Source: an uncultured Methanosarcinales archaeon (GTDB taxonomy: Archaea; Nanobdellota; Nanobdellia; Woesearchaeales; UBA525). From it: a stretch of 43,786 bases of DNA. Each line of letters opens with the position of its first letter. Positions within the stretch are counted from its first letter, which is position 1. The notes beneath the pieces were generated by a model. It was not told where the DNA came from, did not search any database, and worked only from the letters and a program-made list of their open reading frames with translations. The stretch is from NCBI GenBank assembly GCA_964505795.1, contig CAZDJS010000002.1, positions 1 to 43,786 on the forward strand, given 5' to 3'. Of this stretch, positions 27,207-35,170 are shown in pieces. Made by a program: the position numbers and the translations under genes.

Positions 27207-28406
27207 TTATATGCCGAGCTCGGTTGTGAGTATGTTTTTAATTTCTGGTATAATATTTTCTGGTAATGAAAGTGATATTTCTCTTGTTCTTCCAAAGCGT
27301 CCTTTGCTGATGACTTTCGCGTTGATGAGTCCTTGCATGTCAAGGTCTGCAATAATATCTGAAACTCGTCGTTGCGTTAATGGTCTGAGCGAGCTTGCAT
27401 TGCACACTTTCCAATACGTATCATAAATGTCTCCTGTGTTTGTTTCTTTTTCGTGATTCATGACGCTGTAGAGTGTTGCTTGATATTGTTTTGGTTGTGT
27501 TTTTACAACATCAATAAATCGTTCGTACTCAATTTTTTCTTCTGCTCTATCAATATGTTTTATCGAGATGACTTTATTTTGTTCTCTCTCGGCAAGTTCT
27601 CCTGCTACGCGTAAAAGTTCGAGTGCTCTTCTTGCATCTCCGTGTTCTCTTGCTGCATAAGCAGCGCATTTTTGTATTGTTCCTTCTTCAAGCACTCCTT
27701 TTTCAAAAGCTTTTTCTGCTCGTTCTCTGAGTATTTCTTGGAGTTGTGGTGCGTTGTAGGGTGGAAAAATAAGCTCTTCTTCTGAAAGGCTGCTTTTTAC
27801 ACGCGGATCAAGATTATTTGCAAAGCCTAAGTCATTACTTATTCCTATGATGCTCACTTGTGCGTTTTTGAGTTCTGTGTTAATTCTTGTAAGATTATAG
27901 ATGAGTTCGTCTCCTGTTTTTCTGATAAGATGATCTATTTCGTCAAGAACAAAAACGACGAGTTGTTTTTCCTCGTCTATTGTGTCAAAGAGTATTTTAT
28001 AGACTTCGTCTGTTGGTAAGCCTGTTACTGGTATTGCTTTGTTAAAGAATCGTGCGAGTGCCGCTATTAATCGGTATTCTGTGTCTGCGACTTTTTTGAG
28101 CTTGCAATTGAGATAGAATATTTTTATTGGGATGTTTTGTTTTTGAGATACTTTCACTATTTGTTCGCTGATTGCTTTTACAGTTGCTGTTTTTCCTGTT
28201 CCTGTTTTTCCGTAGACAAAGAGGTTGCTTGGTCTTTCGAGGCGTAGTGATGGTGCGAGTATGCTTGATATTTGGTTTATTTGTTCGTCTCTGTGTAGTA
28301 TTTTTGATGGTATGTAATTGCATTGAAGTACTTGTTTGTTAAGAAAGAGATTTTCGCTATCTAGGTATTGTTCGAAGTATTGTGCTATGTTATTTGTTTG
28401 ATCCAT
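27207..28406 (-). CDS. cdc6: Orc1/Cdc6 replication initiator
   Basis: It has Walker A YGKTGTGKTA, Walker B VFVLDEIDHL, sensor regions and a C-terminal winged helix (...RRVSDIIADLDMQGLINAKV). Confidence 0.95.
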   Translation of the reverse strand: MDQTNNIAQYFEQYLDSENLFLNKQVLQCNYIPSKILHRDEQINQISSILAPSLRLERPSNLFVYGKTGTGKTATVKAISEQIVKVSQKQNIPIKIFYLNCKLKKVADTEYRLIAALARFFNKAIPVTGLPTDEVYKILFDTIDEEKQLVVFVLDEIDHLIRKTGDELIYNLTRINTELKNAQVSIIGISNDLGFANNLDPRVKSSLSEEELIFPPYNAPQLQEILRERAEKAFEKGVLEEGTIQKCAAYAAREHGDARRALELLRVAGELAEREQNKVISIKHIDRAEEKIEYERFIDVVKTQPKQYQATLYSVMNHEKETNTGDIYDTYWKVCNASSLRPLTQRRVSDIIADLDMQGLINAKVISKGRFGRTREISLSLPENIIPEIKNILTTELGI

Positions 28407-28630
28407 TTCCGCCCCCTAAAGTCCATGAGAAGCAAGGGTTATATAAACGTTTTTCTTGTTTGGTTTCACACATCAAAATATCTGTTTTCGAGTCTATGAG
28501 AAAATAATTCATAGTTGGGCTGTTTTTTCTTCAAATAGTAATATTTTGTTGTTTGAGCCTTTGTGCTTTGGTTTTCTCTGTATTTTGAATCAGAAATTTT
28601 GTGTTGTTTCTGTTTGTATTTGTGGTGCCA

Positions 28631-28652
28631 CACTCCTTTGTTTCGTGTGGAG
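28631..28652 (-). promoter_or_regulatory. ORB-like box (inverted orientation)
   Basis: The reverse complement ctccacacgaaacaaaggagtg matches ttccacacgaaatcaaggaggt at 29263-29284 in 17 of 22 positions. It contains the TCCA-N-GAAA core typical of archaeal origin recognition boxes. Confidence 0.55.
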
Positions 28653-28777
28653 ATTATTGAGAGAAATTTTTTTGTTCTCGGATTTTTTGTGGTTTTTCTA
28701 ATATTTGTTACTGTTTCATCTTTATAGTGTGTATCACAAAGTATCTAATTCCAAATTAAGATTATTTAGTCCTTGCT

Positions 28778-28794
28778 TTCCACTTGAAATTTCC
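28778..28794 (+). promoter_or_regulatory. Mini-ORB-like box
   Basis: ttccacttgaaatttcc shares ttccac..gaaat with the box at 29263. Confidence 0.4.
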
Positions 28795-28834
28795 TTCTTG
28801 TCTTTTTTTCATATATAATATAATAAATTTCTAT

Positions 28835-28948
28835 ATAGTAATATAATAATATAGTAATAATAATATGTTAATATAGTAATATAATAATATAGTAATAATA
28901 ATATGTTAATATAATAATATAATAATATAGTAATAATAATATGTTAAT
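28835..28948. repeat. Three tandem 38-bp A/T-rich repeats (candidate DNA unwinding element)
   Basis: The unit is atagtaatataataatatagtaataataatatgttaat. It occurs at 28835-28872, 28873-28910 and 28911-28948 (one substitution), followed by a degenerate partial copy. Confidence 0.85.
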
Positions 28949-29183
28949 ATAATAATATAGTAATATGATAAAAAAAAATAATATGATAAAAAACAGCGCC
29001 TCTAAACGAAATCAGAAAAAACGAATGAAAAAACAGAATTGAAAATGTAGGATGAAACAAAATCAAAAATCAAGATCTGAAAAATAATGAATAAATAATC
29101 AATAAATAATATGAATAATAATATGAATAAAATTCAAAATAAAATATTAAGATCTGAAAAAATCTAAATAAAAAATTCAAAAT

Positions 29184-29260
29184 AACCCAAAACTAACCCA
29201 AAACTAACCCAAAACTAACCCAAAACTAGCCCAAAACTAAATCAAAAATAAACCAAAACC
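29184..29260. repeat. 11-bp tandem repeat array aacccaaaact (4 exact + 1 near-exact + 2 degenerate copies)
   Basis: The exact units begin at 29184, 29195, 29206 and 29217. After them come agcccaaaact, aaatcaaaaat and aaaccaaaacc. The period is about one helical turn, and the array abuts the ORB-like box. Confidence 0.85.
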
Positions 29261-29261
29261 A

Positions 29262-29285
29262 CTTCCACACGAAATCAAGGAGGTG
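29262..29285 (+). promoter_or_regulatory. ORB-like box (direct orientation)
   Basis: cttccacacgaaatcaaggaggtg is the inverted partner of 28631-28652. Confidence 0.55.
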
Positions 29286-29420
29286 CTGTCAAAAAAATTC
29301 TCGAGCAAATAAATCACATTCAAGCACAGAAACTCACGAAAAAAGAAAAACAAATTGTAATCACTCAACAATGATAAAAAAAGAAAGCTTTATATATTCT
29401 CAGTCATTTCTCCTTATACA

Positions 29421-30224
29421 ATGATTATCGGAGAAGAATTCCTCAAAGAACTTAAAGAGTTTGGTCTTAACAGCTATGAAGCAAAGATTTGGGCCGCATT
29501 ACTGAGCCGCGGCGTAAGTACAGCTGGCGAGCTCTCTGACATCGCAAACGTTCCTCGGAGCAGATCCTATGATATTCTTGAAAGCCTTGAAAAAAAAGGA
29601 TTTATTATTATGAAGATTGGAAAACCAATCAAATATCTCGCAGTTTCTCCAGAAGAAGTTGTGGATAGAGTGAAAAAAAATGTTCTTGATGATGCAGACA
29701 ACAAAATTGCAGCATTAAAAAAACTCGAAGACAGCGATGTTCTCTCAGAATTGAACCTTTTACACAATAAAGGAGTTGATCTTGTTGATCCAAGCGATAT
29801 TACTGGTGCTGTTAAAGGTCAAGATAATATTCACGACCAACTCAGTCTCATGCTCAAAACCGCAGAAGAAAATCTTATTATTGTTACGACAGAAACAGGT
29901 ATAGTTCGCAAATTTACTATTCTTGAGCGTGGCTTTAAGAAAGCAGCCGAGCGTGGAGTTACTATTGAAGTTGCAGCACCAATCACGGACAAAAACAAAG
30001 AAATTGTTGAAAAGATCCGAGAATACGCGACAGTAAAGGATTTGCAACATATTAATTCACGATTTTGCATTGCAGACGGTAAAGAAATATTATTCATGCT
30101 CATGGATGACAATGAAGTGCACCCAATGTATGATGTTGGTGTTTGGATTAACACACCATTCTTTGCAGCAGCACTCACACAACTCTTCCAAATGGTATGG
30201 AAAGAATTGAAAGTGAAAGCATAA
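29421..30224 (+). CDS. TrmB-family transcriptional regulator
   Basis: The N-terminal wHTH is LKEFGLNSYEAKIWAALLSRGVSTAGELSDIANVPRSRSYDILESLEKKGFI, followed by a C-terminal effector-like domain. Confidence 0.85.
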   Translation: MIIGEEFLKELKEFGLNSYEAKIWAALLSRGVSTAGELSDIANVPRSRSYDILESLEKKGFIIMKIGKPIKYLAVSPEEVVDRVKKNVLDDADNKIAALKKLEDSDVLSELNLLHNKGVDLVDPSDITGAVKGQDNIHDQLSLMLKTAEENLIIVTTETGIVRKFTILERGFKKAAERGVTIEVAAPITDKNKEIVEKIREYATVKDLQHINSRFCIADGKEILFMLMDDNEVHPMYDVGVWINTPFFAAALTQLFQMVWKELKVKA

Positions 30225-30233
30225 TTTTTTTTT
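30225..30233 (+). terminator. Oligo-T tract after the trmB-like gene
   Basis: A T9 run follows the stop codon immediately. Confidence 0.4.
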
Positions 30234-30243
30234 GGAAAACTTA

Positions 30244-30255
30244 TTTTCTATATAG
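30244..30255 (+). promoter_or_regulatory. TTTTCTATATAG motif
   Basis: This is an exact copy, 87 nt upstream of the TraB-like ATG. A second TATA-like element, ttttataag, lies nearer the ATG. Confidence 0.35.
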
Positions 30256-30341
30256 TATTTTTTTTAAACTGTTTTTTATGGTTATTTGTGAAAAAATAAT
30301 TCTTAATTAGTTTTATAAGAAAGACCTTGTTAAGAAAGAAT

Positions 30342-31007
30342 ATGGAGAACGTTCGTCTCGTCGGCACGAGTCATATTTCGAAGCAAAGCCAGCACGATAT
30401 CAAAAAAGCTTTTGACGAGCTTGAGCCTGATATTGTTGCTATCGAGCTTGACAAAGCGCGCCTTCACGGACTTCTCACGAACCAAAAACCCAAAGTCACA
30501 CTTGCAATAATTCCTAAAGTTGGTGTTGTTGGGTATCTTTTTCTCAAGATCGGCTCAAAACTCCAACAAAAACTTGGCAATATCGTCAAGGTCGAGCCGG
30601 GTTCTGAGATGAAGTATGCTTATGCGCTCGCGGCAAAAAATAAGAAACAAGTCTTGCTTGCTGACAGGCCCATTCAAGTTACGATGGCACGACTCTCAAA
30701 ATATTGGACGAGAAAAGAAAAATTTAAGATGGTTTGGGATGTTATTACGAGTCCTTTTAGGAAAGAAAAAATGCTTATTGATTTGAATAAAGTTCCTGAA
30801 GATGAGTTCTTAGCAAAACTCCTTGAGTTATTCAAGAAACAATACCCGAAATTATTCAACATTCTCGTTTCTGAGCGCGATCATCATATGGCAGGCATGA
30901 TAAAAAAAGTGCTTGAAGAACATCCTGAAAAGAAAATTCTTGTTGTGGTCGGTGCTGGTCACGTTCCAGGTATGAAAAAAATAATGGCTCTGTCCCAAAT
31001 AACATAA
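30342..31007 (+). CDS. TraB/PrgY-family protein
   Basis: VRLVGTSHISKQS...LEPDIVAIELDKARL and VVGAGHVPG are TraB-family signatures. The ATG at 30342 is preferred over the TTG at 30327. Confidence 0.7.
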   Translation: MENVRLVGTSHISKQSQHDIKKAFDELEPDIVAIELDKARLHGLLTNQKPKVTLAIIPKVGVVGYLFLKIGSKLQQKLGNIVKVEPGSEMKYAYALAAKNKKQVLLADRPIQVTMARLSKYWTRKEKFKMVWDVITSPFRKEKMLIDLNKVPEDEFLAKLLELFKKQYPKLFNILVSERDHHMAGMIKKVLEEHPEKKILVVVGAGHVPGMKKIMALSQIT

Positions 31008-31161
31008 ATACCTATACTGGCGACCAGCGACGTGAAAGCACCTACCTTGCGACTTCGCATAGAAACAAGCACTATAAGCTTGTTTCACTCGTCATGGCAA
31101 AGGCAGTACTTTCTATGCGGAGCGTCCCAGTATAGAAAAAGACTCTATTTGGGACAGAGCC
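30986..31161. other. 176-nt nested-helix element (candidate ncRNA or MITE) overlapping the traB-like 3' end
   Basis: A perfect 16-bp helix pairs 30986-31001 with 31146-31161. A 9-bp helix pairs 31012-31020 with 31127-31135. A 10-bp helix pairs 31056-31065 with 31110-31119. The apical 6-bp hairpin is 31065-31083. The interior is asymmetric and visibly more G+C-rich than the flanks. Confidence 0.55.
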
Positions 31162-31207
31162 AAAATACTGCAATAAGTATAAAAGGACAAAGCCCAAGAA
31201 AAAGGAT

Positions 31208-32008
31208 ATGAATGCGTTCACTCAAAAATATCATAAGCACGCAAAGCTTGGACGAGGAGAACTTATTAGTTTACTTAGCACTGCAATTATCGCGGGTTTT
31301 TATCTTTCTTTTAATGATTGGGGAGAAGGTGCTGCAAAGCTCGAAGTGGGTTTGCAAAACCTTGCCTTTGCCATATTTGCAGTATTACTTATTTTAGGAA
31401 CGGTTGTTTTTTTACAAAAAGCACTTGGAATATTTTATGGTTATAAAATAACATATATTCATTCATGGCCTGGGTTTGTCTTAGGTTTTTTTATCACTGT
31501 TTTTTCAAGTGGCCTATTTCCTTTTTTTCTTCCAGGAATAATAAATTATCAACTCATCACAACAGCAAGGTTGGGCAAGTATTTGCCAAGACATAAATTT
31601 TCTGAAATGTGGGTTGTGTCGTCAATTGCAGTTGTGGTTCCTTTGCTTTTCGCTTCTGTTTTTGGTAGTTTTTACATTGCGTCTGAGATAGAGTTATTTA
31701 GAAACATTACTGTAGCTGCACTTTTAATCGCGTTGTTTTCTCTTATTCCTGCTCCTAGTTTGAAAAATCCTCTTTCAGAAAATAAAGGAATGACCGATGT
31801 TCGTTTATACCATAATCTTAATCAAGCAACTTTTGGTTATGATCTTATCACCTTTAGTTTTTCTGCTTATGTTGTTCTTGCAGTCACAACGCTTATTTTT
31901 TCCGCCTTGGTTCTTCTTTTTCAAGTGCTGAGTATTATTCTTAGTTTTGTGTTAGCAATAGTTGTTCTTCTTGTGTACCACATCGCAATTAACTATTTGA
32001 AAAAATGA
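31208..32008 (+). CDS. Hypothetical polytopic membrane protein (266 aa)
   Basis: It has multiple hydrophobic helices and no catalytic motif that I recognise. Confidence 0.55.
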   Translation: MNAFTQKYHKHAKLGRGELISLLSTAIIAGFYLSFNDWGEGAAKLEVGLQNLAFAIFAVLLILGTVVFLQKALGIFYGYKITYIHSWPGFVLGFFITVFSSGLFPFFLPGIINYQLITTARLGKYLPRHKFSEMWVVSSIAVVVPLLFASVFGSFYIASEIELFRNITVAALLIALFSLIPAPSLKNPLSENKGMTDVRLYHNLNQATFGYDLITFSFSAYVVLAVTTLIFSALVLLFQVLSIILSFVLAIVVLLVYHIAINYLKK

Positions 32009-32009
32009 T

Positions 32010-32276
32010 TCACACTAAAGAATATACTCCTTTGTAGAGAAGAAAACCAACTACAAAAACAGTAATTATTGTGTTATTCCAAAATGGTGCAATAAGAGTA
32101 TAAGCAACAATCATGAGATCAACAACACTCAAAAAATTTCTGATAAAAATCAAGGCTTTTACCGCGTGTGCTAGTGTGAAAAAAAAATAAAGCTGTCCAG
32201 GTGTTACTCCAAAAACAGTGAGTAAGAGCATTATCGCGACGCCAATGTCTATGAGCCCGAGGAGTAACAAAATCAT
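32010..32276 (-). CDS. Hypothetical small membrane protein (88 aa, about 3 TM)
   Basis: The ORF is hydrophobic throughout. Confidence 0.45.
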   Translation of the reverse strand: MILLLLGLIDIGVAIMLLLTVFGVTPGQLYFFFTLAHAVKALIFIRNFLSVVDLMIVAYTLIAPFWNNTIITVFVVGFLLYKGVYSLV

Positions 32277-32321
32277 GTACTTGGTGTTTGTTGTTGCTTT
32301 TTAAAAAGTAAGGAAAAATTA

Positions 32322-32333
32322 TTTTCTATATAG
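32322..32333 (+). promoter_or_regulatory. TTTTCTATATAG motif
   Basis: This is an exact copy, 70 nt upstream of the ATG at 32403. That gene also has a GAGGTG SD-like motif. Confidence 0.4.
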
Positions 32334-32402
32334 TTAACAGTTATTTCTCGTCGAGCGAAAAGTTTAAATGTCCTTATCACAAAACAAAAACGAGGTGGTT
32401 AT

Positions 32403-32630
32403 ATGGCAACCAAAATAGCTCAAGCAGGAGTAACGAAAGAAAAAGGATATTTGTATTTCGTCGATAAAGACGGCGATGTTAGTCGCGCAAAAATGGCTCG
32501 TGGCGGAGAAAAAAAAGCAGGCACAGAAAAAGTTGCTCGCGTAGGAATAACAAAAGAATCAGGAATGCTCTACTTTGTTGATAAAGACGGCGATATCAGC
32601 GGTGCTAAGATGGCACGCGGAAGAAAGTAA
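32403..32630 (+). CDS. Small basic protein made of two tandem ~35-aa repeats (75 aa)
   Basis: The repeats are GVTKEKGYLYFVDKDGDVSRAKMARGG and GITKESGMLYFVDKDGDISGAKMARGRK. A strong SD (gaggtgg) precedes the ATG. Confidence 0.7.
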   Translation: MATKIAQAGVTKEKGYLYFVDKDGDVSRAKMARGGEKKAGTEKVARVGITKESGMLYFVDKDGDISGAKMARGRK

Positions 32631-32631
32631 C

Positions 32632-32871
32632 TTATTTTTGATATGTAATGGTGTTAAGTCCTTGATATATTTCGGGTTGTTCGTATAAAGGCTTTGAATT
32701 ACCAAAAAAAGTATTTCTTGCAACATCTCGTCCAAAATAATCAAGATTCTCATACGCATTAAGAATTATTTTGAGAACACGCTGTTCTCTCTTAACATTA
32801 TTTCCTTTTGATTTTTCAAAAATTCTTCTCGCTTGTCGTGATTTTTCAACGATTATAGTTGTTTGATACAT
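32632..32871 (-). CDS. Hypothetical protein (79 aa)
   Basis: This is an ORF only. A TATA-like ggatataaatt lies about 30 nt upstream on the minus strand. Confidence 0.3.
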   Translation of the reverse strand: MYQTTIIVEKSRQARRIFEKSKGNNVKREQRVLKIILNAYENLDYFGRDVARNTFFGNSKPLYEQPEIYQGLNTITYQK

Positions 32872-32929
32872 ACTTTTTAGTAAATATTGCTTAATTTATA
32901 TCCTTTCGCACTGGACACTCACAGAAAGA

Positions 32930-35170
32930 ATGATTATAAAGAACACGATCTTTTTCTCTATTATGTTTAGTAAAGATGTCGAGCCTCGCAGGTATCAAGA
33001 GACTATTTTTCACACAGCAAGCCAAAATAACACTTTGGTTGTCTTGCCGACTGGGCTGGGAAAAACAATGATTTCGGCAATGTTAGCCGCGCATCGTCTC
33101 CAACAATATCCAAAAAGTAAAATCATCATTCTTGCCCCGACAAAGCCACTCGTGCAACAACATTTCATATCTTTTCAAAAAGTTATTGACCTTTCTGAAG
33201 AACATTTTGCTTTTTTTACAGGAACAGTTTCTCCAGAAAAAAGAAAAGTCCAATTCGAACAAGCAACAATTATCTTCTCAACACCACAAGGACTCGAAAA
33301 TGATGTTTTGAGTAACAGAATAAAACTCGATGAAGTCTCACTTATGGTTTTTGACGAGGCGCATCGTGCAACCGGCGAGTACAGTTATGTCTATCTTGCT
33401 GAACAATACCAAAAAACTCAACATTCACGAATTCTTGGTCTTACAGCAAGCCCCGGAACCGACACAGAAAAAATTACTGAACTTTGTCAGAACCTTCGCA
33501 TTGAGGAAATTGAGGTTCGTCAAGAAACTGATCTTGATGTTGAGCCCTACGTGCAAGAAGTTGAGGTAAAATGGCTTGAAGTCCCCTTTCCTGAAGAACT
33601 ACGAAAAGTGCAACAAGTCTTGCACAAAACGTACTTGGAAAAACTAGCTCAAGTACAAAAATGGGGTTATCTTAACACCCCCCCCTCGCAAGTAAATAAG
33701 GCAACATTGTTGCGTACGCAAGGAGAGCTTCATGGCGAGATTGCAAAAGGAAATAAAGAGTTTGAATTGCTCAAATCAATTAGTTTGCTCGCTGAGGCGA
33801 TGAAAGTACAACACGCAATAGAACTTATTGAAACACAAGGTGTTTATGCGTTTCAACAATATACTCAACAACTCCTCAAGCAAGCACGAACGGCAAAGAG
33901 TAAAGCGACAAAAAACCTCGTGCAAGACCCGAAGTTCAAAGAAGCATTAGTTCTTGCTGAACAACTCTTTGATTCACAAACCGAACATCCAAAAATGAGA
34001 GAAATAAAAAAACTCATTTTACAAAATACTCACAAACAACCTGACGCAAGAATTATTTTGTTCACACAATACCGCGATCAAGCAAGTTCGATAAAAAAAG
34101 CACTCACTGAGATTCGTGTAGGGAGCGAAGTCTTTGTTGGTCAAGCAAAAAAGTCAGGTTCTGGACTTTCACAAAAGAAACAAAAAGAGATGCTCGAGCG
34201 TTTCGAAGCAGGAGAGTTTCCTGTGCTTATCGCAACGAGCGTTGCTGAAGAAGGGCTTGACATTCCTAAAGTTGATATGGTGGTTTTTTATGAGCCAGTA
34301 CCAAGCGCTATTCGTACTGTTCAGCGTCGTGGACGAACCGGTCGTCTTGAGAAAGGAAAAGTTGTTGTTCTCGTGACAAAAGGAACACGTGACGTTGGTT
34401 ATCGTTGGGTTGCACATCATAAAGAACAGCGCATGTATCGCGCAATTAAAGAAGTGAAGAAGAACTTGAATTTTTCTGATAAGAAAGAGCAAAAAAATAA
34501 TTCTACGCTCGATGCCTTTACGAAGTCCGAAAAACAATTTTCTGTCGTTGCTGATCATCGCGAGAAAGGAAGCGCAGTCCTTAAGGCAATTGTTGATTTT
34601 GGTGCAAGACTTGATTTGCAACAACTTGCTGTTGGTGATTTTCTCTTGAGTGAACGATGTGTTGTTGAGTACAAGACAGTTTCTGATTTTGTTGACAGTC
34701 TCATCGATGGTCGTTTGTTAACACAACTCAAAGCGCTTAAACAATATTCGCGACCACTCATTATTATTGAAGGAATTGAGGATTTGTATTCTCAACGTAA
34801 AATTCATCCGAATAGTATTCGTGGTATGCTCGCAACAATAACAATTAGTTATGGTATTCCTATTATTTCGACAAAGTCTTCTCGTGAAACTGCAGGTTTA
34901 TTGTATTCGATTGCTCGTCGTGAACAACAAGCAACGCAAGAATTCCAATATCATACGGGCAAACCACAAAGTGACGCTGAGCAACTTGAGTATATTGTTG
35001 CGGGAATTCCTGGTCTTGGCTCAAGTCTTGCAAAACCATTACTCGAGCATTTTAGAACGATTCAAAACATTGCAAACGCCGAAGTGAAGGAATTGCAAGA
35101 AGTCCCAGGCATAGGAAAGAAGAAAGCAGAAGATATTGTTGCGATTATGAGGAAGAAGTATGAACATTAA
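32930..35170 (+). CDS. hef: Hef-like helicase/nuclease (SF2 DEAH helicase + ERCC4/XPF nuclease + HhH2)
   Basis: The motifs are PTGLGKT, DEAH, TASPG and QRRGRTGR. The nuclease domain has VVADHREKGS and GDFLLSERCVVEYK. The C-terminal HhH is GIPGLGSSLAKPLL...VPGIGKKKAEDI. An alternative start is 32963 (MFSKDVEPRRYQ). Confidence 0.9.
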   Translation: MIIKNTIFFSIMFSKDVEPRRYQETIFHTASQNNTLVVLPTGLGKTMISAMLAAHRLQQYPKSKIIILAPTKPLVQQHFISFQKVIDLSEEHFAFFTGTVSPEKRKVQFEQATIIFSTPQGLENDVLSNRIKLDEVSLMVFDEAHRATGEYSYVYLAEQYQKTQHSRILGLTASPGTDTEKITELCQNLRIEEIEVRQETDLDVEPYVQEVEVKWLEVPFPEELRKVQQVLHKTYLEKLAQVQKWGYLNTPPSQVNKATLLRTQGELHGEIAKGNKEFELLKSISLLAEAMKVQHAIELIETQGVYAFQQYTQQLLKQARTAKSKATKNLVQDPKFKEALVLAEQLFDSQTEHPKMREIKKLILQNTHKQPDARIILFTQYRDQASSIKKALTEIRVGSEVFVGQAKKSGSGLSQKKQKEMLERFEAGEFPVLIATSVAEEGLDIPKVDMVVFYEPVPSAIRTVQRRGRTGRLEKGKVVVLVTKGTRDVGYRWVAHHKEQRMYRAIKEVKKNLNFSDKKEQKNNSTLDAFTKSEKQFSVVADHREKGSAVLKAIVDFGARLDLQQLAVGDFLLSERCVVEYKTVSDFVDSLIDGRLLTQLKALKQYSRPLIIIEGIEDLYSQRKIHPNSIRGMLATITISYGIPIISTKSSRETAGLLYSIARREQQATQEFQYHTGKPQSDAEQLEYIVAGIPGLGSSLAKPLLEHFRTIQNIANAEVKELQEVPGIGKKKAEDIVAIMRKKYEH

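Larger units (their letters stand above)
28620..29290. other. Candidate replication origin (oriC)
   Basis: It sits immediately upstream of orc1/cdc6. Inverted ORB-like boxes at 28631-28652 and 29262-29285 flank an almost pure A/T tandem-repeat core (28800-28990) and an 11-bp phased repeat array. Confidence 0.65.

Noticed and set aside
28456-28701. 81-aa ORF in the cdc6-upstream intergenic region
   Set aside because: It overlaps the ORB-like box and the T-rich origin flank. Its composition looks like translated AT-rich non-coding DNA.
28835-29260. Possible CRISPR array, given two tandem repeat blocks
   Set aside because: The repeats are directly head-to-tail with no unique spacers, and the units (38 bp of pure A/T; 11 bp) do not resemble CRISPR repeats. 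No cas genes are nearby. The origin context explains them better.
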